NCBI GenBank assembly: GCA_963701965.1
Contig: OY969695.1
Coordinates: forward strand, 4,192,001 to 4,256,000
From: an uncultured Gemmatimonadales bacterium
GTDB lineage: Bacteria > Gemmatimonadota > Gemmatimonadetes > Gemmatimonadales > Gemmatimonadaceae
Direction of reading: 5' to 3'
DNA: 64,000 nt
Below the pieces are notes generated by a model. The model ran no database searches, was not told the DNA's origin, and was given only the letters and a program-made list of their open reading frames with translations. Positions 1-10,083 of this stretch are shown piece by piece. The first letter of the stretch is position 1. Each line of letters begins with the position of its first letter. The position numbers were made by a program, and so were the translations under genes.

Positions 1-2338
1 CCAGGGTGGCCAACACCCACGTCGGCGCATCGGCGCGACTGACGCCGTAGAGCAGGCTGGCGAGGACGCGCGATACCAAAATGCCGCCCACTACGCCACC
101 CACGACACCGAATCCCACGAGGCGCATCCCCTGCTGCGCGACAATGCGCAGCGTCAGCGACGTCGGACTCCCCAGCGCCGCCCGGATCCCCAACTCGCGC
201 GTGCGCTGGGCTACGGCATAGCTCATCACGCCGTAGAGTCCCGCGACCGCGAGCACGAGCGCCACCAGCGCGAAGGTCCCGATGAGCGTGAGATAGAATC
301 GCGGCGTCCCCACGCTCGTCGCCATCACATCGGACATCGTCGAGACATCCGACACCGCGGCCACCGGATCCACCGAGTGGATGGCCGCGGTCACGGCCCG
401 CGTGACGGCGGCGGGGTCTCCCCGGGTCACGCGCAGCATGATCGGGTAGACGGTGTTGCTGGTGTCCATCTGAAAGTAGGAGTAGTACACCTCGGGGACC
501 GGCGGATCGATCGGCCCGGCGTTGGGGATGTCGCTGACCACACCGACGATGGTCGCGAACATGCTGTCACCCATGTAGAAGCGCTTCCCCACGGCATCCT
601 GATGCGGGAAATCGCGGCGGGCCAACGCCTCGTTGGCGACGACCGCGATCGGTACACCGGGACGATTGTCCTCGTCGGTGCGCGGGAGACGGCCCGCGAC
701 CAGCCGCTGGCCGGTAGCGCGAAAGAAGTCCGGCGTCGCCGTACGGTCGTCGACGAGCGGCTTGTGCTCCGGGTCGTCGTCGGGCTGTCCCTCGTATCGG
801 ATGTTGGAATTCGATCCCCAGTTGCGATACGGGACGTGGGAGATCGCGCCCACGTACTGCACGCCGGGCACGTGCGTGACTGCCGCGAGCATGGGCGTGA
901 GAAAGCGCCGGACGACCGCGCCGCTGGGATAGCGATCCGGCGAGACGGTCACCGTCAACGTCAGGAGCGGCCGCGGGTCGAATCCGGGATCCCGGCCTAC
1001 GAGCTTCTGGAATCCCCGCAGGACGAGACTGGCGCCGATGAGGAGCATCAACGACAACGCCACTTCGGCGATCACCAACCCCCCCAAGGCCCGATGATGG
1101 GCCGCCCCCGCGCCGCCGCCGCGGCCGCCGCGCAGGGCGTCCTGGGGGTCGACGCCGGCACTGTACCACGCCGGGAGCGCGCCGCAACACAAGGCCACGA
1201 GCGCGGCCAAGGAGAGCGCGAACACGACGATCCGCGCCTCGATGGCGAGACCGGTGAGCTGGGGCAGGCGGTCGCTGGCGAGCTTTCCGATCGTCATGAC
1301 GGTGAGCCACGCCAGACCGATTCCCAACACGCCGCCCGCGCCGGTGAGCACCGCGCTCTCGGCCAGCGCTGGCCGCATGACTGCCCACCGGCTGGCGCCC
1401 AACGCCGACCGCACCGCGATCTCGCGCTGACGGTGCACGCCGCGCGCCAGCAGCAGACTGCCCACGTTCGCCGAGGCGATCAACAGCACGGCGCACACGG
1501 CGCCGAACACGAGCAGGAGCGGCGTCCGCACGGTGGCCACGCTCTCGGCCTGGAGCGGCACGGCGCGGGCCGACTCGCCGCGCAGCTCGGGATGGATGGT
1601 GACCATGGCGTCGACCAGTGACCGCAACTCGGCGTTGGCGCTGGCCACCGTGGCGCCGGGCGCGAGGCGCCCCAACGCGTTCAGCCAATTGCTGCCGCGC
1701 CGGTCCCGTTCCTCCGGCGTGAACCGCATCGGGAGCCAGGCATCCCCGGTCAGCTCATAGTTGCCGGAAGGGATATGAAACCCCGGCGGCACGATGCCGA
1801 TCACCGTGGTTGGGACACCGTCGAGACGAACCACCCGGCCGACCACCCCGGGATCGGCGGCGAATCGTTTGCGCCACAACTCATCGCTGAGCACGACGAC
1901 GGGATTCTGTCCTTCGCTGTCGTCGGCGACGGTGACGAGGCGCCCATGCTCGGCGCGGGCGCCGAGCATGGCAAAGAGGTTGCCCGTCACCCGCCGCGTT
2001 TGGAGCTCGACGCCCTCCGTCGGCAGCGCCAGGAGTTTCGTGTCGTACCCAAAGGCCGCCAACCCGTCCAACTGGCGCACGCCGTGAGCCAGGTCGAGAT
2101 ATTTGGGCGCGGAGAACGGCCAGGTCTCGGACTGCGGGGCCGTCCTATAGACGGTGACCAAGCGGCCGGGCTCGCGGAACGGCAGCGGCCGCAAGAGCGC
2201 CTGATCAATGGCGCTGGCGATCGCCGTCGTCGCACCAAGCCCGAGGGTGAGACAGAGGATGGCGGACGCCGTCACAGTGGGGGCGCGGCGTAGCCGGCGC
2301 ACGGCATCCCGCAGGTCGTTGGACGAGAAGAGCGTCAC
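1..2338 (-). CDS. ABC transporter permease, ADOP/MacB-FtsX duplicated type; runs off left edge
   Basis: Not in the ORF track because there is no stop in the window. Manual translation from GTG 2338 gives MTLFSSNDLRDAVRRLRRAPTVTASAILCLTLGLGATTAIAS...LLRPLPFREPGRLV. The C-terminal part reads AVAGLYGVMSYAVAQRTRELGIRAALG, in the same frame at both ends. Confidence 0.9.
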   Translation of the reverse strand, partial: MTLFSSNDLRDAVRRLRRAPTVTASAILCLTLGLGATTAIASAIDQALLRPLPFREPGRLVTVYRTAPQSETWPFSAPKYLDLAHGVRQLDGLAAFGYDTKLLALPTEGVELQTRRVTGNLFAMLGARAEHGRLVTVADDSEGQNPVVVLSDELWRKRFAADPGVVGRVVRLDGVPTTVIGIVPPGFHIPSGNYELTGDAWLPMRFTPEERDRRGSNWLNALGRLAPGATVASANAELRSLVDAMVTIHPELRGESARAVPLQAESVATVRTPLLLVFGAVCAVLLIASANVGSLLLARGVHRQREIAVRSALGASRWAVMRPALAESAVLTGAGGVLGIGLAWLTVMTIGKLASDRLPQLTGLAIEARIVVFALSLAALVALCCGALPAWYSAGVDPQDALRGGRGGGAGAAHHRALGGLVIAEVALSLMLLIGASLVLRGFQKLVGRDPGFDPRPLLTLTVTVSPDRYPSGAVVRRFLTPMLAAVTHVPGVQYVGAISHVPYRNWGSNSNIRYEGQPDDDPEHKPLVDDRTATPDFFRATGQRLVAGRLPRTDEDNRPGVPIAVVANEALARRDFPHQDAVGKRFYMGDSMFATIVGVVSDIPNAGPIDPPVPEVYYSYFQMDTSNTVYPIMLRVTRGDPAAVTRAVTAAIHSVDPVAAVSDVSTMSDVMATSVGTPRFYLTLIGTFALVALVLAVAGLYGVMSYAVAQRTRELGIRAALGSPTSLTLRIVAQQGMRLVGFGVVGGVVGGILVSRVLASLLYGVSRADAPTWVLATL

Positions 2339-2396
2339 GGTCTCGGGGGGTCGGAGTCGCCCCTTGGACAGCGCGACCCGGCGAACAGTTTGCAGC

Positions 2397-4460
2397 CTAC
2401 CGGGGGAACGCCTCCGGCAGGCCACCATCGACCGTAATAATGTCCCCGGTCGTATACCGAAACCGGTCGCTGGCCAGGAGCGCCGCGAGATCGCCCACGG
2501 TCTCCGCCGGGATCAGCGAGACGCCCATGAGGTTGCGCCGGCGATAGGCGTCCAGCTGCTCCTCGGCCGATACCCCCCGGCCAGCCGCCCGCTGCCGCAC
2601 GAACTCCATGAACATCGGAGTCTCGATCTGATCGGCGTTGATGGCGTTGACGCGGATCCCGTCGGCGCCCAGCTCGACGGCCGCCACCCGCATCGCCTGG
2701 AGCAGCGCCGCCTTGCTCCCGCCGTACGCCGCGGCGTCGCGGCCGGGCACCACCGCGGCCTTGGAGACGGAGGCGACAATGGAACCGCCGAGACGTTGGC
2801 GGCGCATCACGGAGGCCGCACCCCCGATAGCGAGCACGGCGCCCAGATAGTGCACGTCGAGTTGCTGCTGGAGGTCCTCGCGCCGCATGTCCGTCACGCT
2901 GGCGAACCTCGGCGCGCGCCCGGCCGTGTAGAACAGGCAATCGACCCCGCCGAACGCGAAGATCGTCGCTCGCACGAGATCCGCAAGGCTCGCGTCGTCC
3001 CGCACGTCCACGCGCGCCGCGATCGCCCGCCCGGGAAACGCCGCGTTGATCTCCCCGGCCACGGCGTCGGCCGCCGATGCGTCCAGATCGGCCACGACCA
3101 CGTGCGCGCCCTCCCGGGCGAACGCGAGGGCGGCCGCCCGCCCGATGCCGCTCCCGCCCCCGATGATCGTCGCGACGTGGCGCGGCAGCAGCAACGCCGC
3201 GCGCTCCCGCGCGTCCTGCTCGTCGATCTTGCGCCGCTCGAGCGGCCAGTGCTCAAAGGTGAAGACGTCGGCTTCGGAGATGAACCGGAACGCATCGATG
3301 GCCTCGGCGTTGGCCATTGTCTCCAGCACGGCGCGGTAGCAGATATTGGCCGTCACCGCGCTCCGCTTGTCGCGGCCGGCGGTGATCATGCCGAGGCCGG
3401 GCGCCAACACCACCTTGGCCCAGTCCTCGAGCGGCCGTTCGCCGGCCGACGCGTGGCGGGCATGGTAGACCTCGTACTCCGCCCGTTGGCGACCGATCTG
3501 TTCCCGGACTCCCTCGGCCAATGCGTCCCGATCGACCGGCAGCCACACCGGAAGGCGCCCGGCGCGCAGGATATGCTCCGGCGTCGCCATCCCGCGTTGG
3601 GAGACCTCCGCGAGCTTCGGGTCCGCGAGCGCCGCGAGGATCTCGTCGGAGTCGTCGAAATGCAGGATCACGCGGCTCTCCGATCCCAGCGCGCCGCGCA
3701 CCACCGGTAGCACGTGCTCGGCGCGGCGTCGGCGAGCGTCGTTCGGCTCGGCCGGTTCGAATGCCACGCGTGGCGGCCGCTTGGTCGCCAGATACCGCTC
3801 GATGGTGTGCACGGCCCCCAGCAAGCGGGCGTAGCACGCGCGTGCGTCGTCCGCCCATACCACGATCCCGTGGTGCGCCAGCGCCAGCCCGACGACGCCC
3901 GGAGAAAGCTGGCCGACGAGTCCCGACACGACCTTGGCCAGCGGAAACCCCGGGCGCACATAGGGGACGTACACGATGTCACCGCCGAACAACTCGCCGA
4001 CGAGACGCTCGGCGAGCGGGTCGCTCACGTTCGTGAGGCTCATGGTCGCGACATCGTGCGTGTGCGCGATGACGCGGGCCGGGAGCAGGGAATGGAGCGG
4101 GGTCTCGACGCTCGGCGCCGGACCTTCCTCCAGCATCCCCGCCGCCATGAACCGCATCATGTCCGCGTCGAGCATGGCCTCCGTGGTCCCGAGCGCCGCC
4201 AACTTGGCGAGCGACAGGCGCGTGAAACCCTTGCGACCGATGGTCCGGAGATCGGTGCCGCTGCCTTTGACCAGCAGGGCATCGCCCACCTTGATCGATG
4301 TGTTCCCGCCGCCGGGCTGCACCAGCCGGGGTTCGCGGCCGATCAGGTTGGAGAGGTAGACCAGCTTGTCAAGCTCGTCGGCTCCGGGGGCGAGGCCATT
4401 CTGGCCATCGAGCCACCGATCTTCGATCGGCTCCGGCGTGAAAGGTGCTAATACAGCCAT
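2397..4460 (-). CDS. Bifunctional class II aldolase / short-chain dehydrogenase (RhaEW/YuxG-like)
   Basis: N-terminal GGGNTSIK, VKGSG and PSVETPLH...HTH aldolase motifs; C-terminal SDR with GGGSGIG and YGGSK. Confidence 0.9.
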   Translation of the reverse strand: MAVLAPFTPEPIEDRWLDGQNGLAPGADELDKLVYLSNLIGREPRLVQPGGGNTSIKVGDALLVKGSGTDLRTIGRKGFTRLSLAKLAALGTTEAMLDADMMRFMAAGMLEEGPAPSVETPLHSLLPARVIAHTHDVATMSLTNVSDPLAERLVGELFGGDIVYVPYVRPGFPLAKVVSGLVGQLSPGVVGLALAHHGIVVWADDARACYARLLGAVHTIERYLATKRPPRVAFEPAEPNDARRRRAEHVLPVVRGALGSESRVILHFDDSDEILAALADPKLAEVSQRGMATPEHILRAGRLPVWLPVDRDALAEGVREQIGRQRAEYEVYHARHASAGERPLEDWAKVVLAPGLGMITAGRDKRSAVTANICYRAVLETMANAEAIDAFRFISEADVFTFEHWPLERRKIDEQDARERAALLLPRHVATIIGGGSGIGRAAALAFAREGAHVVVADLDASAADAVAGEINAAFPGRAIAARVDVRDDASLADLVRATIFAFGGVDCLFYTAGRAPRFASVTDMRREDLQQQLDVHYLGAVLAIGGAASVMRRQRLGGSIVASVSKAAVVPGRDAAAYGGSKAALLQAMRVAAVELGADGIRVNAINADQIETPMFMEFVRQRAAGRGVSAEEQLDAYRRRNLMGVSLIPAETVGDLAALLASDRFRYTTGDIITVDGGLPEAFPR

Positions 4461-4551
4461 GAGGGGAAAGATGGGCCGGTCCCCGGCGGCGAGCGAGGCC
4501 GTTACCGTGGCGGGCGAGATCCGTCAGAAAGCAAGAGGCCCGGGAGGGCGT

Positions 4552-4818
4552 ATGATGCAGCCGTGGCAGGATGGACCACCAGATGAGGGAGGGAGGGACG
4601 GCCTCCCCGAGTCGGGCGAGCCGAGAGCCGAGCCGCCGGAGCCGGTGAGCGCGTTCTATTGCGTGCGCTGCGGCGGCACGCAGCCGCACACGCACGAACT
4701 GCCCGCCGCACGCGAGTGTCCGCACTGCACGGAGACGATCTCCGCATACGCGCACTGGTGCTGGAAGTGCGAGCGCCCCGTGCTCGCCCCGGAGCGCCCA
4801 AAGGCGACGAACGGATAG
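4552..4818 (+). CDS. Small zinc-ribbon protein (88 aa)
   Basis: GGAGG precedes ATG 4552. Contains CVRC, HTH, CPHC and CWKC motifs and fills the gap between neighbours. Confidence 0.6.
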   Translation: MMQPWQDGPPDEGGRDGLPESGEPRAEPPEPVSAFYCVRCGGTQPHTHELPAARECPHCTETISAYAHWCWKCERPVLAPERPKATNG

Positions 4819-4833
4819 AGCGACGCCCCGGGG

Positions 4834-6636
4834 CTAGAACCCGGGCGGCCGCTCGCCGACGACCGCGAATGCCCGCTCCATCGCGACGCCCGCTCGCCCC
4901 AGCAGGCCATCGTCGAACAGCCGGCCGATGAGTGTGACGCCATGCGGCACGCGCCGCGGCGGGGAAAAAGTCGGGAGAGGGTGGTGCGGGTCCGGCGCCC
5001 AATCGCTCCGCGCTTGCGAGACCTGAATGAAACCCGCCCGCAGCGTCAACGACGGATGACCCGTGAAATTCGAGATGACGAGCATCTCGTCGCGGAGCGA
5101 CGGCACGAGCAGGAGGTCGACCTGCGTGAAGATCCGCGCCATCTCCTGTGCGACGCGCCGGCGGAACCGGTCGGCCTGCACGAAGTCGACGGCCGAGAGG
5201 AACCGCGCTTCGCGGAACTGGTTGGGCCAGGCGTCGGGAACTTGGGCTTTGAGCTGGCGCACCTGACCGCTCAGCGTCAGCTCTTCGAACGCCGCGGCTG
5301 CCTCGGCGAACAGGATGAGATTGAGGGAGTCGTAGGGCCAGTCGGGTAAGGTCACTTCCGTCGGGACCATCCCGAGCGTCCGGACCGTGTCCAATGCCCC
5401 GCGATCGACGTCCGTGGCCGGGTCCTCATGCATCCATTTCGGGAAGTATCCGACGCGGAGACCCTTCACGCTCGCCGTCGCATCGAAGTCGAGCGCACTG
5501 GGAACCGAGGCGACGTCGCGCTCGTCGCGGCCACTGATGGCATTGAGCACCAGCATGGTGTCCTCGACGCCGCGGGCCATAGGGCCCAGCTTGTCGAGCG
5601 ACCAGCACAGCGTCATCGCCCCGGTGCGCGGGACGCGGCCGTACGTTGGGCGGAGGCCCGTCACGCCGCAGCGCATGCTCGGGCTCACGATGCTGCCACC
5701 GGTCTCGCTCCCGATGGAGAAGCCGACCAGTCCGGCCGCCGTCGCCGCGCCCGGCCCCGCGCTCGAGCCGGATGCGCCTTCCTCCAAAAGCCAGGGGTTC
5801 ACGGTCTGGCCGCCGAACCAGATGTCGTTGAGCGCCAGCGCACCCAGGCTCAGTTTCGCGACGAGGATCGCTCCCGCGGCGCGCAGGCGCTCCACGACCA
5901 CCGCGTCCGTGGTCGGGACGCGATCGCGAAAGGGCTCGGCGCCATAGGTCGTCGGAATGCCGGCGGTGTCCAGGAGATCCTTGCTGCCCCACGGAATCCC
6001 GTGCAACGGGCCGCGATACTTGCCCGCCGCGATCTCGGCATCCGCCTGCTTGGCTTGGGCGAGCGCGCTGTCGCGCGTCAGCGTGATCACGCAGCGGAGC
6101 TTGGGGTCGAAGCGCTGCAGTCGGTCGAGGTACAGCGTGGTGAGCCGCTCCGCGCTCAGCTGCCGGTGTTCGATCCACCGGGACAGGTGGGTCACGGGCG
6201 CGAAGGCGATGTCCTCGTCACTGGCCGGCAGCTGGCCCGGATCGTTGCTCCGCACAAACCGGTCGTGCGCCGGCCCCGCCGTACCGGTGAGGACGGGGTT
6301 CCATCGGGTAGCCGGCGAGACGGTGGCATCCAGTGACACCGTGCGCGGACCGACGCGCCGTTCGATCAGGGCGGCCATCGACTGCCGCCAGTTGGCCGCC
6401 GCCATGGCGCGCTCGTCGTCGCGCATGGCGACCTGGACGAGCTTTTCGGCCTCCACGAAGGTCTGGGGCGTGACGACCGGGCCGACTTCCGGCGCCGCGC
6501 CGAACGTCGGCGGCGAGCCGGGAGGCAGTGTCGAGGGTGTGGAGGACGCGGTGCCCTGATCCTGGCCGCGGCACGCCGCCGCCGCGGCCAGGAGCCCGAG
6601 GGGAGCGCGGATGAGGAACTGCCGGCGTGAGTTCAC
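4834..6636 (-). CDS. Amidase-signature family enzyme, probable Tat-exported lipoprotein
   Basis: GPLHGIPWGSKD, GASGSSAG and SETGGSI motifs. Likely start GTG 6636 gives SRRQFL (Tat) and LLAAAAAC. The ORF-track extension to 7704 is antisense to the permease. Confidence 0.9.
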   Translation of the reverse strand: MNSRRQFLIRAPLGLLAAAAACRGQDQGTASSTPSTLPPGSPPTFGAAPEVGPVVTPQTFVEAEKLVQVAMRDDERAMAAANWRQSMAALIERRVGPRTVSLDATVSPATRWNPVLTGTAGPAHDRFVRSNDPGQLPASDEDIAFAPVTHLSRWIEHRQLSAERLTTLYLDRLQRFDPKLRCVITLTRDSALAQAKQADAEIAAGKYRGPLHGIPWGSKDLLDTAGIPTTYGAEPFRDRVPTTDAVVVERLRAAGAILVAKLSLGALALNDIWFGGQTVNPWLLEEGASGSSAGPGAATAAGLVGFSIGSETGGSIVSPSMRCGVTGLRPTYGRVPRTGAMTLCWSLDKLGPMARGVEDTMLVLNAISGRDERDVASVPSALDFDATASVKGLRVGYFPKWMHEDPATDVDRGALDTVRTLGMVPTEVTLPDWPYDSLNLILFAEAAAAFEELTLSGQVRQLKAQVPDAWPNQFREARFLSAVDFVQADRFRRRVAQEMARIFTQVDLLLVPSLRDEMLVISNFTGHPSLTLRAGFIQVSQARSDWAPDPHHPLPTFSPPRRVPHGVTLIGRLFDDGLLGRAGVAMERAFAVVGERPPGF

Positions 6637-6687
6637 GGGCACAATGTGCAATTGCGGACTGGGGGCCGCCACTACAGAATCTCTGAG

Positions 6688-8130
6688 ATGGCATCCTCCA
6701 CGGAATTCAGCCGGGTCGAAGCCCGCAGCGCCGAGCTCAAACAGCAGTTGGGGCTTCGCGATCTGGTCCTGACCCAGATCCTCTATGTGGTCGGCCTCTC
6801 GTGGGTGGGCGCCGCGGCGAAGCTGGGGCACTCCCAGATTCCGTTCTGGCTGGGGGCGATGGCGCTCTTCTACCTGCCGCAGGCCGCCGTCGTCATCTAT
6901 TTGAGCCGCCGGTTCCCGCTCGAAGGCGGTCTCTATCAGTGGTCCAAGCTTGGCTTGAACAACGGGATCGCGTTCCTCGTCGCCTGGAATCTCTGGCTGT
7001 ACGCGATCGTCCTGCTCGGCGCGCTGGGACTCACGTTCGCCAACGCCATGATCTACGCCATCGGACCGAAGGCCCAGTGGCTCTCCGGGAACCCGGTGTA
7101 TATCGGCGCCGTCACCGGGACGCTCATGGGCGCGCTCATCGTGGTGTCGATCCTGGGGCTCGGCGTGAGCAAGTGGGTGCACAACATCGCCGGAATGCTC
7201 CTCATCGCGGCGTTTGGTCTCTTGCTCGTCCTTCCCGTGGTCAACGTGATCCGGGGTACGCTCCCCGCGTACCACCCGTTGGCGATGACGGCGCCCGCGA
7301 TGACGCTGCTCAACATCAACATCTTCGGGAAGCTGGCGGTAGGCGCCCTGTCGGGGTTCGAGTACGTCGCCATTCTCTCGGGCGAGGCCAAGGATGCGCG
7401 GCGCACGATCGGCCGCTCGGTCATGATCGCGGCACCGGTGATCGCGCTGATGTTCATCTTCGGCACGTCGGCGATCCAGGCGCTCGTGCCGATGGACCAG
7501 ATCGATCTGGTGGGGCCCATTCCGCAGGCCTTTCGTATCGGGCTGGGGTCGTCGGGATGGGTGGCCGTCCTGGTCCCACTGGCGGTCGCGGCGGCGAGCG
7601 CCCGCATCGTCGCCAACTCCAGTGTCCTGTTTACCGCCACCACGCGTATGCCCATGGTCGCGGGATGGGATGCGTTGATGCCGTCGTGGTTCGCGCGTCT
7701 GCATCCGCGGTATCGCACGCCGATCAACTCGATCTTCTTCATCGGGGTCTGCGCGCTCCTCTTCGCCGCGGCCTGTATGACGAATGTCGGAGAGCAGGAA
7801 GGATTTCAGCTGATCGACAACGCGGCCGGTATTTTCTACGGCCTCACGTATCTGGTGCTCTTCGCCGTGCCGCTCGTCGGGCTCCGGCGGGCGAGTGACG
7901 GGGAGCGGGTCCCCGTCCTGCTGCGCGTGCTGGCGCTGGCCGGATTCGCGACGACGCTGCTCTACGTCATTCTGTCCGTCCTACCGATTGTGGACGTGGC
8001 CAGCCGCTTCGTCTTCGCGCTCAAGATCAGCAGCTTGGTCATCGGCGCGAACGTGGTCGGGATCGCGCTCTATTGGCGGAGACGACTGGGGGCGGGGACC
8101 GTGCGGGTGCCGAGGCCGAGGAGGGCCTGA
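6688..8130 (+). CDS. APC-family amino acid permease
   Basis: About 12 hydrophobic segments; LKQQLGLRDL, P-EGGLYQW, GFEYVAILSGE and LHPRYRTP motifs. Confidence 0.9.
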   Translation: MASSTEFSRVEARSAELKQQLGLRDLVLTQILYVVGLSWVGAAAKLGHSQIPFWLGAMALFYLPQAAVVIYLSRRFPLEGGLYQWSKLGLNNGIAFLVAWNLWLYAIVLLGALGLTFANAMIYAIGPKAQWLSGNPVYIGAVTGTLMGALIVVSILGLGVSKWVHNIAGMLLIAAFGLLLVLPVVNVIRGTLPAYHPLAMTAPAMTLLNINIFGKLAVGALSGFEYVAILSGEAKDARRTIGRSVMIAAPVIALMFIFGTSAIQALVPMDQIDLVGPIPQAFRIGLGSSGWVAVLVPLAVAAASARIVANSSVLFTATTRMPMVAGWDALMPSWFARLHPRYRTPINSIFFIGVCALLFAAACMTNVGEQEGFQLIDNAAGIFYGLTYLVLFAVPLVGLRRASDGERVPVLLRVLALAGFATTLLYVILSVLPIVDVASRFVFALKISSLVIGANVVGIALYWRRRLGAGTVRVPRPRRA

Positions 8131-8136
8131 CCGCGC

Positions 8137-8718
8137 TTATCTGGGAACGAAACCGTTGGCCTTGAGCTCATCCGCCGACATCTCGACAACGTCGACATGC
8201 AACCGGATGGGCTGCAGGGGATTGTTGGTGGAGTCCTTGGGCACGGAGACGATCGCTTCCACGACGCTCATGCCCTTGAAGACCTGCCCATAGACCGTGT
8301 AGTGGCCGTCGAGCTTCGGCAGGCCCTGTTTGTTGACCACGATGTAGAACTGGCACCCCGCCGAGAGCTGGCCCGGATTGTCGTCGCGACCGGCGCCCAC
8401 AGCCCCGTACACGTGCTTCAGGTGTTCGTTGAATTCCGGCGCCAGCAGGTACGGCGACCCGCCGAACCCTTGCGGGGTGTCGGGACAGCCGGCCTGCGCC
8501 ACGAAGTTCTTGATGACCCGGTTGAACGTCAACGAGTCCCAGTAGTGGCTCGACGCCAACCGGATGAAGCTCGCTTTGTGCCGGGGCGTCTGGTCGCGGA
8601 GCAGGAACAGAATCTCGCCCTTGTCGGTCTGGATACGGCCGACTTGGTAGGTCTTGGCGGGCCGCGAGCCGGCGACCAAGGGGATGGTGAGCAAGACGGT
8701 CAGGAGGAGTCGGCGCAT
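8137..8718 (-). CDS. Cyclophilin-type peptidyl-prolyl isomerase, secreted
   Basis: FNRVIKNFVAQAG, QFYIV and LDGHYTVYGQVFKGM motifs; signal peptide from ATG 8718. Confidence 0.9.
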   Translation of the reverse strand: MRRLLLTVLLTIPLVAGSRPAKTYQVGRIQTDKGEILFLLRDQTPRHKASFIRLASSHYWDSLTFNRVIKNFVAQAGCPDTPQGFGGSPYLLAPEFNEHLKHVYGAVGAGRDDNPGQLSAGCQFYIVVNKQGLPKLDGHYTVYGQVFKGMSVVEAIVSVPKDSTNNPLQPIRLHVDVVEMSADELKANGFVPR

Positions 8719-8803
8719 GGGGACAATAATGCGGCTCGACTGTAGTCTGAGCCAGTAGGCGATCCCGGGGCGCGCCGGACCGGCGATTGCACTGGTCGGC
8801 CAC

Positions 8804-9658
8804 ATGGTGGTTGGGGGGTATCGGATCAACACGCTCGTGCGGAGTACGGCGCGTCACTTGTGGGCGCACGGTGTGCTCGGCCTCGGCGCGCAGACGGCGT
8901 ACTATTTCTTCTTTTCGCTCTTTCCCATTCTGTTGTTCTCGGCGCCGCTACTGAGCCTGGTAGGCGATCGGCGGCGGACGATGGAAGCGATCCTGACCCA
9001 GATCGCGCCGGTGGTGCCGAGCGAGGCGTACGCGCTCATTCAGAGCGTGCTGCAGGATGTGGTCTTCTCCTCGGGCGCGCCGGGCGTGATGTCGGTCGGC
9101 GCCCTGCTGGCCTTGTGGAGCGGCTCGAATGTCTTTTCGTCGCTCGCCGACGCGCTCAATCGGGCCTACGGCGTGCCCGAGCGCCGGCCTTTCTGGAAGG
9201 TGTCGCTCATCGCGATGGCGTTCGTGATCGGGGCCGGCGTCGCCATGATCGCCGCGACGATCCTCTTCGTGTTTGCCGAGCCCATCGTCCACGCGCTCGC
9301 CGACCTGCTCGGCCTGGGCGACGTCGGGGTCGCGCTGTGGTCGATCGTCCAAGTGGGGATCGCGATCGCCCTGGTCGTGGCGGTGGGCGCGGCGGTCTTC
9401 TACATCCTGCCCAGCGTCCGCCTGATGTGGCGCGAGGCGCTGCTCGGCTCCGTCGTCGCCACGGCACTGTGGATCGTCGTGACCGCCGGATTTCGCCTCT
9501 ATGTCGAGAACTTTTCGACATATAACCGGACGTATGGCACGATCGGTGGCGTCATCGTGCTCTTGACTTGGATGTACCTCTCGATGCTGGCCGTGCTCGT
9601 GGGTGGTGAATTCGCCGCGGAGATGCATGCCGGCACCGGACGCGTCGCGTCCGCCTGA
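8804..9658 (+). CDS. YihY/virulence factor BrkB family membrane protein
   Basis: AQTAYYFFFSLFP, ALNRAYG and YNRTYGTIGGVIVLLTWMY motifs. Confidence 0.9.
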   Translation: MVVGGYRINTLVRSTARHLWAHGVLGLGAQTAYYFFFSLFPILLFSAPLLSLVGDRRRTMEAILTQIAPVVPSEAYALIQSVLQDVVFSSGAPGVMSVGALLALWSGSNVFSSLADALNRAYGVPERRPFWKVSLIAMAFVIGAGVAMIAATILFVFAEPIVHALADLLGLGDVGVALWSIVQVGIAIALVVAVGAAVFYILPSVRLMWREALLGSVVATALWIVVTAGFRLYVENFSTYNRTYGTIGGVIVLLTWMYLSMLAVLVGGEFAAEMHAGTGRVASA

Positions 9659-9853
9659 GCCATTGCCTTCGCGCTATCGCTCCACGTCGAACGGGGCCCC
9701 TACGCCGCACTATTTCGTCGCGCAGACGGCGCGGACGTCTTCCGCGATGTGAATGGCGCGTTCGCGGATCTCTTGAACGCGGTCGACATCGCCGATGTCG
9801 TCGCTTTCCTGCGGACGCTGACCGACAGCGACGCTCAGGGATCGACGCGTTGA
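9659..9853 (+). pseudogene. Relic of a cytochrome c peroxidase/MauG-family gene (internally deleted)
   Basis: Start-less frame RGPYAALFRRADGADVFRDVNGAFADLLNAVDIADVVAFLRTLTD*. It resembles a mid-protein helix joined to the typical C-terminus of the family. Confidence 0.5.
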
Positions 9854-9962
9854 GATAGCGCTGCCGTCCGCCGGGCCCGGGCCGGCGCGGTCGGGTACCG
9901 GCCAGACGTAGACGCGCGTGGCGCCCGGCGGCACGCCGTCGTCGGCCCGATCGGCGCGCCCA
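9852..9962 (-). pseudogene. Relic of a multicopper oxidase (ceruloplasmin-like domain) gene
   Basis: ADRADDGVPPGATRVYVWPVPDRAGPGPADGS resembles the DDxVxPG-x-Y-x-W-x-VPERAGP segment that normally precedes W-x-YHSH. That Cu-ligand motif is absent. Confidence 0.6.
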
Positions 9963-10083
9963 GGTGCTCCCAGGCCGTCTCCCCTCCCCCCCCACCGTCT
10001 CCTGGGCGTCGTTGGTTGATCAAATGTCGCACGGAGCCCAGAATTCCGAGGCACGAATTCATTTGTCCTCGGAGGTCGTTCAG

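Noticed and set aside
377..3710. Long plus-strand ORFs (377-1621, 2208-3710) and many similar Arg/Gly-rich ORFs elsewhere
   Set aside because: Antisense or off-frame shadows of real genes, expected in high-GC DNA; no recognisable motifs.
4834..7704. 956-aa amidase with a long N-terminal extension
   Set aside because: The extension is the antisense shadow of the APC permease; the Tat/lipoprotein signal marks the start at 6636.
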